Shown here one piece after another: positions 50,501-62,631 of a DNA stretch of 64,000 bases. The notes below the pieces were generated by a model, which saw nothing but the letters and a program-made list of their open reading frames with translations, was not told the DNA's origin and searched no databases. The position numbers and the translations under genes are program-made. Origin of the DNA: Eledone cirrhosa (lineage: Eukaryota); contig OZ024740.1 of the NCBI GenBank assembly GCA_964016885.1, forward strand, positions 44,330,001 to 44,394,000, read 5' to 3'. How positions within the stretch are numbered: position 1 is the stretch's first letter; the number at the start of each line of letters is the position of its first letter.

Positions 50501-53322
50501 TCGAGAGAAGGCTACGTTGGTACGGTCACGTGATGCGCATGAAAGACGACAGCTGTATAACAAAGTGCAGGGCAATAAAGATAGACGGTAGCCACGGAGT
50601 AGGCAGACCCAGAAAAACATGGGACGAGCTGATAAATTCCGACCTCACACGCTTACACCTCTCCAAGACAATGTCACTGGACCGAGACCTTTGGCGGTAC
50701 TCAGTAATAGAGAAGACCCGCCTTACCTAAATACAAAGTAAAAACCTACTACAGTCAGTAGGCATCTCTATCAAAACACACCCCCGTCCCACCACCTCCA
50801 CCCCACCCACACCGCCCCTTTCAATGTAAAGTTATGTTGGTCCCACAACATCTAGGCCGAAACAAATGAGATCGTGTAGGTGTCACGACAAAAAACACAC
50901 AGTCCACGCCGTAAATGTGGCCGTGTAGGCAACACGGTAAAAACCTCCCAGCCCCACACTGTAAATGTGGTTGGTGTTAGGAAGGGCATCCAGCTGTAGA
51001 AAACCCGCCAGACAGTCCACGCTGTAATGTGGCCGTGTAGGCAACACAGTAAAAACCTCCCAGCCCCACACTGTAAATGTGGTTGGTGTTAGGAAGGGCA
51101 TCCAACTGTAGAAGACCCGCCAGACAGTCCTATGCGAGCAAGACAACCACTCTTGCCTCAAGTGGGAAAACCCCCGTCCAAACCCATGCAAGCGTGGAAC
51201 ACGGACGCTAAACCTGATGATGATGATGATGATGATGTTCTATAGAAATAGTGGACAGCTTCCGTTACCTGGGCGATAAAATCAGCAGTGGGGGAGGGTG
51301 CTCTGAAAGTACTGTAGCTAGAGTCAGAACTGGTTGGAAAAAGTTCAGAGAGCTTATACCACTATTAGCTGCTAAAGGGTTCTCCCTAAAAATGAAAGGC
51401 AGGTTATACGATGCCTGCATACGAACAGCAATGCTGCATGGCAGTGAGACCTGGGCATTGTGTGCAGAGGATATATGCAGACTAGAGAGGAACGAAGCTT
51501 GCATGCTCTGCTGGATGTGCAATAGTAATATACGTGAACGGCAAAGCATAAACGAACTAAGGAAAAAATTAGAAATAAGAGGGATCAGATGTTGTTTACT
51601 CGAGAGAAGGCTACGTTGGTACGGTCACGTGATGCACATGAAAGACGACAGCTGTATAACAAAGTGCAGGGCAATAAAGATAGACGGTAGCCACGGAGTA
51701 GGCAGACCCAGAAAAACATGGGACGAGCTGATAAATTCCGACCTCACACGCTTACACCTCTCCAAGACAATGTCACTGGACCGAGACCTTTGGCGGTACT
51801 CAGTAATAGAGAAGACCCGCCTTACCTAAATACAAAGTAAAAACCTACTACAGTCAGTAGACATCTCTATCAAAACACACCCCCGTCCCACCACCTCCAC
51901 CCCACCCACACTGCCCCTTTCAATGTAAAGTTATGTTGGTCCCACAACATCCAGGCCGAAACAAATGAGATCGTGTAGGTGTCACAACAAAAAACACACA
52001 GTCCACGCTGTAAATGTGGCCGTGTAGGCAACACGGTAAAAACCTCCCAGCCCCACACTGTAAATGTGGTTGGTGTTAGGAAGGGCATCCAGCTGTAGAA
52101 AACCCGCCAGACAGTCCACGCTGTAATGTGGCCGTGTAGGCAACACAGTAAAAACCTCCCAGCCCCACACTGTAAATGTGGTTGGTGTTAGGAAGGGCAT
52201 CCAACTGTAGAAAACCCGCCAGACAGTCCTATGCGAGCAAGACAACCACTCTTGCCTCAAGTGGGAAAACCCCCGTCCAAACCCATGCAAGCGTGGAACA
52301 CGGACGCTAAACCTGATGATGATGATGATGATGATGTTCTATAGAAATAGTGGACAGCTTCCGTTACCTGGGCGATAAAATCAGCAGTGGGGGAGGGTGC
52401 TCTGAAAGTACTGTAGCTAGAGTCAGAACTGGTTGGAAAAAGTTCAGAGAGCTTATACCACTATTAGCTGCTAAAGGGTTCTCCCTAAAAATGAAAGGCA
52501 GGTTGTACGATGCCTGCATACGAACAGCAATGTTGCATGGCAGTGAGACCTGGGCATTGTGTGCAGAGGATATACGCAGACTAGAGAGGAACGAAGCTTG
52601 CATGCTCCGCTGGATGTGTAACAGTAATATACGTGAACGGCAAAGCATAAACGAACTAAGGAAAAAATTAGAGATAAGAGGGATCAGATGTTGTTTACTC
52701 GAGAGAAGGCTACGTTGGTATGGACACGTGATGCGCATGAAAGTTGATAGCTGTATAACAAAGTGCAGGGCAATAAAGATAGACGGTAGTCACGGAATAG
52801 GCAGACCTAGAAAAACCTGGGACGAGCTGATAAACTCCGACATCACACACTTACACCTCTCCAAGACAATGTCACTGGACCGAGACCTTTGGCGGTACTC
52901 AGTAACAGAGAAGACCCGCCTTACCTAAATATATAGTAAAACCTACTCCAGCCAGTAGGCATCTCTAACAAAATACACCCCGTCCCACCACCCCCACCCC
53001 ATCCACACCACCCCATTCTATGTAAAGTTATGTTGGTGCCGCGCCATCCAGGCCGAAACAAATGAGATCGTGTAGGTGTCACGACAAAAAAACACACAGT
53101 CCACACTGTAATGTGGCCGTGTAGGCAACACGGTAAAAACCTCCCAGACCCACACTGTAAATGTGGTTGGTGTTAGGAAGGGCATCCAACTGTAGAAAAC
53201 CTGCCAGACAGTCCTATGCGAGCAAGACAATCACTCTTGCCTCAAGTGGGACTACCCCCGTCCAAACCCATGCAAGCGTGGAACACGGACGTTAAACGTT
53301 GATGATGATGATGATGATGATG
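47571..53322 (+). mobile_element. Compound RTE-A locus: host copy, nested copy and a duplicated 1099-bp 3' unit
   Basis: ORFs 47641-48846, 48880-49821, 49951-50730, 51251-51829 and 52350-52928. 708-bp repeat at 48725/49433. 3' units start at 50138, 51237 and 52336, each ending in (GAT)n. Confidence 0.95.
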
Positions 53323-53465
53323 TATATAAAAGAAAATGCTGACAAATTTTTCTTTTCCCAGTGAAAAATAGTTTAATTAGGAATAAGTATAAATTAGTAA
53401 TAAGTATTGGTTAGTATATATATATATATATATGTCTGTGTGCGTGTGTGTGTGTGTGTGTGTAA

Positions 53466-53567
53466 ATAATTGTTTCTACTTTTGGCACAAGGCCAGAAAT
53501 TATACCAGTACATTATTGGTACTTTATTTTATCGACCTCTTACAGGGTCGATAAAATAAAGTACCAG
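53466..53567. mobile_element. SINE A fragment with internal inversion forming a hairpin
   Basis: tggtactttattttatcgacc pairs with ggtcgataaaataaagtacca. Confidence 0.75.
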
Positions 53568-53608
53568 TGTGTAAATAATATTGATAGTTTAAGTAGTATT
53601 AATTATAC

Positions 53609-53893
53609 CTGCTAATTGCAAAGTAACTGTTTGGCAGGCAAAGCCTACTTCATTTTCGATATAGCACTTGTAATCACCACAATCCTCCCATGTCATGTTT
53701 AGAAATTCCAAGGTAGCAGTATCTGTCTTGGCAGATGATGAATAGCGATCTCCATATTCAATCTTGTTCTCCTTAAAATACCAAGAAACTTTACATACAG
53801 GATGTGATTGTATCTTCAGCTCAATCTTTCCATGACTGCATTCTGTTGCATATTGAGGGGTCCCTTCTGGGGTAAGGAATTCTGGTGTTTGGG
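53609..53893 (-). CDS. unc-89: Obscurin/UNC-89-like exon, Ig I-set domain
   Basis: PEFLTP..KVSWYFK..ATLEF..DCGDYKCYIENEVG. Acceptor tttacag, donor gtataa, 285 bp, phase 1-1. Confidence 0.9.
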
Positions 53894-54374
53894 CTGTAAA
53901 TATAAAATAATAATGACAATGTATATATATAAAAAGAAAGAATCTTATCATTAGATTGGACCATGAAAACAATGTTTTCATTGGTCATTCAATGAAAGAC
54001 ACAGTCAAACAACTTCAGCAACAATAATAACTAACATAAAAAAAAAAGATGAAATAAAATATCTACTTTAGGTGAATTCGTGTGGAAGTGGTTGTGTATT
54101 CCACATTCTCAGACACATATACCTTTAATATAATTCCCTAGCTGAATCAGCATAATACAATATGTGACCAAGCTAGATCATTGAACTACAGGTAAAGTCC
54201 ATCTGAAGGGCTTCCATGCAGTTTCTATAGACAGAATTTAAGTCACAATGGTTTGGTCAAATCAAAACTATGATAAGGACATTTGACCAAGATGCCAAAT
54301 AATGGGATCGACCTTGGAACCTAAGGAATGTTAGGGGAAGTTTCTAACCACTCAGGACTTCATACATTTATAGT

Positions 54375-54692
54375 TAGGAATATTTCCAGGAGAATTAAAA
54401 GTGGTGTACAAAAGAGAAAATTGCATCAATACAGGCATGTGATGTGCATGGGTGATGATTGCTGGGATGAAGAAGTGCCAAGAAATCCCAGTGGAAGGAA
54501 GCTGCAGTAGAAATAGACGATGGAAGACTTGGGCAGAGGTGATAAGAGCTGATCTCAAATCACTGAGACTCATAAAGGAGATGACGAAGGAACGTAACTA
54601 GTGGAGAGATGTTGTACTGCAAAAGACCTGTCCAACCCATGCAGGCCAGGAAAAACAGATGTAAAAATGACGATGATGATGATAATGATGAT
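54375..54692 (+). mobile_element. Old RTE-B-like 3' remnant
   Basis: GVQKRKL..HVMCMGD, KTWAEVIRADLKSLRL and a (GAT)n tail. Confidence 0.75.
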
Positions 54693-55364
54693 GAGGGGGA
54701 GAAGGAGGAGGTGGTTTGTAAATAACACCTTAATATTCAAAGGAAAAAAAACTACAATAGGCTAAATTTTTTTTATTTATGAATGAAATTCCTACAACAA
54801 ATTTCCAACTGAACTGCTGCAGATGTGTACCAATTGAGTAAACCATAATGACAGCATTGTTGAAAAAATGTAAACCGATCTTTATTGGGGAATGAAATAA
54901 AAAAAAATATCAATATAAAACTCATTCAGTAAAAAAATTATTAAACTAATAGAATACTGAAAATTTGAAAAAACATCAGGTTTTAATGATCAAAATGGAA
55001 AACAATTGCAGCTTTCTTATTTCATGCTATCTGTTCTAAAATTATTTTTACTGTTGAATTTCCACAGGAAATATCATTATTATTATTGTTGATATTAATT
55101 TTTCTTGAATGGTATAACTGTAAGTTTCTAATGCATCTCCTGGTGTACCTACATATTCCTCAGATGTATGCAGTATTGTGTATTTTTATGAAGATTGGGA
55201 GAATATAGACCATTCCTGTTAGTGTAGTGAATCAGATCCATTTGTTATGGTGCTTAGTTTGTTGTTTCTTGAGGTTGAGGGAGTATAGATCCTCTCAATA
55301 TACTGCATTAGTTTTGTTTTGTTATGAGGTTTAACTGGTAGTTTCTTGTGTTATTTTAGTGTTT

Positions 55365-56300
55365 TTATTTGTTGTGAGTTGTGTGTTTTAGTGTGTTCTG
55401 TTGTGTGGTATGTGTAATGTAAGTTGTGTTGTTTTGATGTTTGTTCTGTTGTGTGTGGTGTGTAAAGTAAGTTGTGTTATTTTGATATTCATTCTGTTGT
55501 GTGGTGTGTGTAAAGTGAGTTGTGGTATTTTAGTGTTTTTACGTTCTGTTGTGTGGTGTGTTTAAAGTGATTTGTGTTATTTTAATGTTTATTCTGTTGT
55601 GTGGTGTGTGTAATGTAAGTTCTGTTATTTTGATGTTTGTTCTGTTGTATATGTAATGTCTGTTGTGTTATATTAATGTTTATTCTGTTGTGTGGTGTGT
55701 TTAAAGTGAGTTGTGGTATTTTAGTGTTTGTTCTGTTGTATATGTAATGTCTGTTGTGTTTTTCTATGTTCATCCTGTTGTGTGGTGTGTGTAAAGTGCA
55801 TTATGTTATTTCTATATTTATTATATTGTGTGTGGTGTGTGTGAACTGAGTTGTGTTATTTTAGTGTTTGTTTTGTTGTGTGTGTAATGAGGGTTGTGTT
55901 ATTTTAGTGTTTGTTTTGTTGTGTGTGTAATGAGGGTTGTATTATTTTAGTGTTTGTTTTGTTGTGTGTGTAATGAGGGTTGTGTTATTTTAGTGTTTGT
56001 TTTGTTGTGTGTGTAATGAGGGTTGTATTATTTTAGTGTTTGTTTTGTTGTGTGTGTAATGAGGGTTGTGTTATTTTAGTGTTTGTTTTGTTGTGTGTGT
56101 AATGAGGGTTGTGTTATTTTAGTGTTTGTTTTGTTGTGTGTGTAATGAGGGTTGTGTTATTTTAGTGTTTGTTTTGTTGTGTGTAATGAGGGTTGTGTTA
56201 TTTTAGTGTTTGTTTTGTTGTGTGTGTAATGAGGGTTGTCTTATTTTAGTGTTTGTTCTGTTGTGTGTAGGGTTTGTATTGTGAGTTGCATTATTTTAGT
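55365..56300. repeat. GT-rich minisatellite with homogeneous 43-bp units at about 55850-56265
   Basis: Unit gttattttagtgtttgttttgttgtgtgtgtaatgagggttgt. Confidence 0.92.
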
Positions 56301-57079
56301 CTATTAGTTTTTATTTCAGCTGTGTTATTGAATTAATAATGTTTTGTCCACAATGTAGTTTGTTCATAGTAAAGTTATTTTTTGTATAGTGTGTTGAGTT
56401 CTGAAACCTGGTACGACTTTTATGTTTCTGTTCATATTCTCTCCTATCATACCAACTGTTCTGGTCATTATTGGCACTGCTTTTCCGTAGTCTTCTTCTT
56501 GTTCTTCCCCCACCTATTGGGGAATTTATATTGTTACATTTTATTGTTATTGTTATTTATATTGTTGACCTCAATGTTTTTTGTACAACCCCCACTGTCC
56601 CTGTCTTTTGGGATTGTCCCCTATATGTAGGCTCTTGTGATCAATAAAGAAAGAATTATTATTATTGTTATTATTATTTTTATTATTATTATTACAAATA
56701 TTTGTTGATAATGGTGTTTCTCAGCCATCCAATGAAAATATACAAAAATATATTGTTGTTTTAAACAACAAAACTTGCTTTGCCAACAAAGAAAATATGC
56801 TTGAAGAAGAACAAGAGCAACATGAAAAAGAGCAGCACAACAATAACAGCAACAATAAAAGAAAAAAAGCAGCTTGCTTGGAAATTGTCAACTGCCATCT
56901 CCAGTTACATATCAGCCATAGCTGTTGTAGGTGATAGCATAAACAAGAACAACATTTACAACAATAACAACAACAAAAAGAAAGCAAGCCAATGAGCTTA
57001 CAAACTGGCTACAGATGTCATCACCATCAGAGCAGCCAAGGCTGTTACAGATGATAGCAATGACAACAACAAAGGAAGC

Positions 57080-58085
57080 TGGGCACATCACTATCAGCAT
57101 GCATAGCTTACAGAAACTGGATTAGTGAATTAGTTGTATAGGCATTGACAGGTACCATTGTCGATGGCTCACACTAAGCAGAACCATTAGGATAGAATCC
57201 ATAAAGTTTAGAAAAGAACTAGCATTAGAAGAAGAGTTCAGGGAGAGCTAGTTAGGGAGCTAGGTGAGGCATTTAGAAAAGGCATCATGACTGACATGCT
57301 CACAGCAAGAGTGGCCTTCAACCAATTCTTCAATGTGAAACATGAAGGCTGCATTGTTAGAGCTAGGGTGTGTGCACTGAAACTTGAGAGGATGAAAGCT
57401 GTCCAATGGGCCTGAGTGGTAGAGACACAACATGGGAACAGATTACAATTCAGTCTTTGGCTGACCAAGACAGGAGCATACTAATCAGTTACAAATGGAT
57501 GTGTGCAGCTTTTTAGTGGCACTTTGCCCAACAGTTTGGGATGAGTGATGGGATGGACTTCAGTGCATGAATCCTGCCATCAAGCTTGGCAATGGAGGCA
57601 CAGTACTGTGAAAGTCCAATAACCCATGAAATACAGGAGGTAAATCATCTGACTGGACATCTACATCAATTGACAGCAAAATTGAAAGAAATCCCAGTTT
57701 GTTTAGGAGTGATGGCACTGATGAGAAAGGACACAAAAAAGTGAATCATGTTGATAATTTTATATCCGTTATTCTTTTAAATACAGAGTTCTGGTTGGTT
57801 ATTTTAATGAAGATCTGGTTGGCGATGTGCAGACATATGTCATTCAAAAGAGATCTAAGATGACAACCTCCATTAGGTAATGAACCTAACAAGTATGAGG
57901 CCCTGATCAACTTGGATCAATCAAAAGCTTTTGTTATACCTGTTTACACACAAAGCCCACACACCCACATATGTGCACACATGCATACACATAAACACAA
58001 ACACTCAATGTTTTGTCCTGAACTGTCCTTAATGTTTTCTTCATGTGATCCCGCTATGGTTGATAAAGAAATCATTATTATTAAC
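57080..58085 (+). mobile_element. Highly decayed L1/Tx1-like LINE remnant
   Basis: QGELVREL..KHEGCIVRAR, traces of LINLDQSKAF and an (ATT)n-like end. Homologous to 59040-59340 on the opposite strand. Confidence 0.55.
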
Positions 58086-58233
58086 GTTATTAGTGTTGTT
58101 GTTTTTCTTCTTTTTGTTTCCTCTGCCACTGTTCTATTGAGTCTTTGTGTATATATATTTGTGTATATACTTATATGCATATGTCTATGTATACATTTTC
58201 TTTCTCTTTTTCATTATTTTTTTTCATTATTTG

Positions 58234-58427
58234 AGGGCAGTGGATTGGCAGTATTGGTAGAAGGTCGGACGCCATGCTTTGCAGCAAAGAGTTACGGCCC
58301 TTTATGGTCTAAGTTCAAATCCCGCCGAGGTTAACTTTGCCTTGCATCCTTACGGGGTCGATAAAATAAAGTACCAGTAATACACTGGGATAATTGCTGG
58401 CCTTGTGCCAAAAGTAGAAACAATTAT
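58234..58427 (+). mobile_element. tRNA-derived SINE family A
   Basis: Full copy. Confidence 0.85.
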
Positions 58428-58789
58428 TTTTAGTGGAAAAGAGAATATTCTAATTGGTATTCTAATTAGAGATTAAATATGGATTAATTAAAGGTTTTAA
58501 ACCTATATTTACTACTTTATTAACAATATTTCTGTGTACTGAGCACTTTTATTATTATACCAGCTGTAAATTTTCCCTGATTCTATGATGCAAAAATGTT
58601 TGTTTTAAAATTCACATTTATCTTTAAAAAGAATTCCATCAGAATTTTATGTAATCAACTTTGGAAAGTTATGTTTCAAGCCCCAGCTTAATAATGATTT
58701 CTTTATTAGAGACATGGGCTGGTATTCGAATTTCTGAAAGTAATAAATAAACATTGAACTGAAAGTCCATTGGGAAAGAGTAATTAGTT

Positions 58790-60000
58790 GATTTCCATTG
58801 ATGCTCAGAATCTTCCTTAAGAATGTTGTTCCTTCACCCACCTCTAATCCATTATAGAATGTCATGGAGTTCCCACCAATTGTACTGCCCAATTAACAGA
58901 GGGCTGTGGGTGCTTGAAAACATTCCAGTTTCCAAATGGTCCCTCTCAATTTCTGCCTGACTCACCATATTGGGGCTTTGATGTCCCACTACACCACCAC
59001 CATTCAGGCCCATCAAAGGACTTTTGTCCCCTCCTGTCTAAGAGCATGTGTCCTAGCTCTGACGATGCAGCCTTCATGCTTCACATTGAAGAATTAGTTG
59101 AGGGAGAATATTGCTTCAAACATATCAATTGTGATGCCCTCCCCAAACACCTCTTCTAGCTTTCTAACAAGCTCTCCCTCTAGTTTAGTTTTCTCTATCA
59201 CTACTGCTTTACTAAATGTTATCAATTCTACTTTAATCAACTTTTTCAAGCTGAATTTCCATTTGTTGTTGATAAGGATCCCATCAATGCTCACTTAACT
59301 AATTTATTAATCTGGTCTCTGTAAGCTATGCATGCTGGAATGACACATTCAGCTTTCAATAATCATGACCTTGTCTATGAAGCCAATCTAAGCTGACTAT
59401 ATAGATCATAAATTTGTGGTCTATGTAGTTGACTACTTTCAATTATAAACAACCTATGCTAGATTTATCTACTTCTCTACAGAATACTCTAACTAGAATA
59501 TAATTTAGGTTACCTGATGCAGTTTGACAATGTCCATATTGGTATATTCGAGAAATCTAGTTGGTACTTGTCAGACACTTGGAAATATCTGAGCAGATTT
59601 GTGAGGTTTTTACTACTTCCTCCCTTATCTTCTGTGAACATCTAAGATACTGTTCAAGTAACCCAGTAACACTAAAGAGTGGGACATTCCTAGAAAGGTC
59701 TCCCAGCACTCAAAGTAATCAGGCCATTCTGCCCCATTAGACTAAAGGCATGTCCTTTGCTGCTGGTCATTTCCAGCAACACCAAGCTATTCCAAAACCA
59801 AAAACAACTCTGCCTCCAGATCTTAGATGGCTTGGAGGTGAGTACACTTCATAGTTGCTGAAAATGAGTATGAAGGCTTGTGCCTCAGATATTCTGCCCT
59901 TGCTGATGGCAACCATATCTATGTTAAGTAATCTGGGGAGGTTGAGCAGGCGGCCCTGCTTCTGAGAAAACCCCACGCCCATACATTTACACTGTATATT
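58790..60000 (-). mobile_element. Decayed L1/Tx1-like LINE remnant (endonuclease and linker region)
   Basis: EGELVRKLEE..KHEGCIVRAR. Same family as 57080-58085. Boundaries approximate. Confidence 0.5.
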
Positions 60001-60688
60001 CTAAGGCCATGTTTGGTGAGGAGGATGAAAAGTAAAAATTATAATTCAATAATTATTGTAATTATAATTTTACTAGATAGGAAACCTTCTTTGTAGAAAA
60101 GTAGAGAAGTAAGCTGAGCTTTGTAGAGATATAGATATGAAATCTGAGCTTTATAGAGTGGTTGATATGAAATGTAAGCTTTGTAGAGTGGTGAGTATGA
60201 AATATAAGCTTTGTAGAGAAGCAGATGTGAGCATAATAGAGAAGAATATATTAAATGTGAGCTTTATAGAGAGGTATATATATATATATGAAATGTGAAC
60301 AATGTAGAGGAGTAGATAAGAAAGTTGAACTGGGTGTTGCATAATAGATATTTTTGTGATAATTTTTGTCAAAACCTTTGTAAAAATTATGCTAACACTA
60401 TTTTTGGTCAGTCAAAATTTGATCTAGTGTTAAAAACAACAAAACCAGGATTGGTTAAGCATGCTATTATCACTAATCTATCTAAGAAGACAATAACACC
60501 AAATACAAAGTGGCTCAGACCATAACAACCCATCCAATCCATGCCAGCATGAAAAGCGGACATAAAATGATAAGGATGAGGATTCTTATACAATCTATTT
60601 ACTAATATTTATGAGTGATAAAATAATAATTTATCATAAATGCATGCAATATACTGAACATTGTATTATATTGTAATAAACATATCAT

Positions 60689-60866
60689 TCCACTGCAAAG
60701 TGGTTGTGGAGGTGCCACGGCAAAAAAAGCACCCAGCACTCACTGTAAATGAGGTTGGTGCTAGGAAGGGCATCCAGCTGTAGAAATCAAGCCAGAATCA
60801 GTTCCCGTCGCACCCTTGCAAGCAGGGAAAAAGCAGACGTAAAATGAAATGAATGAAATGAATGAA
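60689..60866 (+). mobile_element. SINE family B, 3' part
   Basis: Matches about 33170-33365. Confidence 0.82.
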
Positions 60867-61095
60867 ACAGAGTTTCAAGAAACAAAACAAGAACAGAAAA
60901 ATGTATTATGTGTTATGAACAGAAAGTTATTGTTATTTATGGGTTCTCCAATATTGTAATAAAATCTGTTTACTAATATGTATTAGTGAAAAAAATAGAT
61001 GGTTATCATAAATACATACAATATACTGAATATTGTAATAAACAATGTTTCAAAAATGTATGATGTGTTATGAACACAAAAGTATTGTTACTTAC

Positions 61096-61209
61096 GGATT
61101 TTAAATTCTGAATCAAATACGAAATTAGTATCAACTGGAGAAAGTAGATCTGGACTCATAATAATAGAGCTTTCAGTAGAAAGCTGCCTTTGCAGTTGAT
61201 TTAAATAAT
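61096..61209 (-). CDS. unc-89: Obscurin/UNC-89-like gene, linker exon (DYLNQLQRQLSTESSIIMSPDLLSPVDTNFVFDSEFKI)
   Basis: Acceptor ttttgtcttttcag and donor gtaagt. 114 bp, open, phase 1-1, joins the 53609-53893 exon in frame. No domain motif. Confidence 0.65.
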
Positions 61210-62631
61210 CTGAAAAGACAAAATAAAACATTTAAATCCTTTTAATATCAACCTGCTTGAGACAGTGTGTACTAAGCTGTTCATATATTATATTTAAGCT
61301 CTTTTAACATCAACCTGCTTGAGAATGGTGGTACTACTTTGATCATCAACCAGCTTGAGACTGCTATATGTAAAGATACTGTTCATGTGTAAATTGAATT
61401 GTGATCAAAATCTCCTAAGATGAATGTATTTGTGCCTGGGAGGTCTGTAGCCACAGAACAGTACTGGTTCTGTCTGTGAAGACCCAACCAACCTTTGTTA
61501 GCAGGAAAAGCAGATGTTAAATTAAATGATGATGATGATATGGTGATCGTGGTGCTGGTGGGGGGGGGGGGGGGGGTGATGATGGTGGTGGTGGTGGTGA
61601 TGATGATGATGATGAGCATGATGTTGATGATGATAATGATGATGATGATATTCAATTCTGTAGAAATAGCAGCAGTGTTAACAGCTAAGGTGAAGAACCA
61701 TCATATGTCAATGTCTTAAGACATGTCTACCACATTGCTACACCTTTCATCAATCTACACAAAGATTTGAGCTAATGTCCATTCAAAAAGTTTAGATGAC
61801 TTCATGATTCTATTTCCTCTAAATTATTCACAACCAATTAAGAGGAAGTATTTTAGAAATTGCCCTGAGATGAATATGAAATGGGAATTAATACTGAGGG
61901 TAATTTTTTCTCTAATTCTCAAAACAAAGATTATTTTGTTTACTTAGTAAATCTAAAGGAACAGAAAATGCTCATGACTTTCATTTATCCCCTGAGGCTT
62001 AAGAGATTGAAGCTATTGATACACTGATTAAACTGTTGTAGGTTCTCTTTTGGAATACAATGTGGATGGTGAGGGAGTTAGAGGGTTCAAAGTTCTGGAC
62101 AGGAAGGATTGAAGGTGGGAATCCTGGGAAGGTGAGGGAAAAGACAAGAAGAACAGGGTCTAGTGGTCAGGGGGAAATATAAGAGTGGGATTGGGCACAA
62201 CTAGGTGATGAGAGTTACAGTGGTCTATGTTCTGGAAAGGAAGGACTAGCTGTAGTGGTTAGTGTGAGACCTAGGAAGAGGGGTCAGACATGAGTGATGA
62301 GAAGAGGATAAACAAGTGAATGAAGAATGCCTGAATGGAGGTAACATGAGGCTAGTAAGTTATGAGAAGCAGAGACCCTTGTAGTGGTGGGAAATGTAGC
62401 GAAAGGGAGCAACACTAGATCAGTGAACCAGATGTAAGAGTGTGTCTGTATGTTGAGCACAGACTATTGTAGTAATGGTAGAAGAAGCTAGTGGTGGTAG
62501 TGGTGCATGATATAAATAAAATATATATAATATCAGCTAATTTCACAGAAAATAGAAAAGATATGCTAATACTGTCAACAATCTTATACTTACAACCACT
62601 AATATTAACACCACCACCACTGACACCACAC

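Noticed and set aside
47613-52738. Long antisense ORFs over the RTE copies
   Set aside because: Shadow ORFs on the opposite strand of the RT coding sequence.
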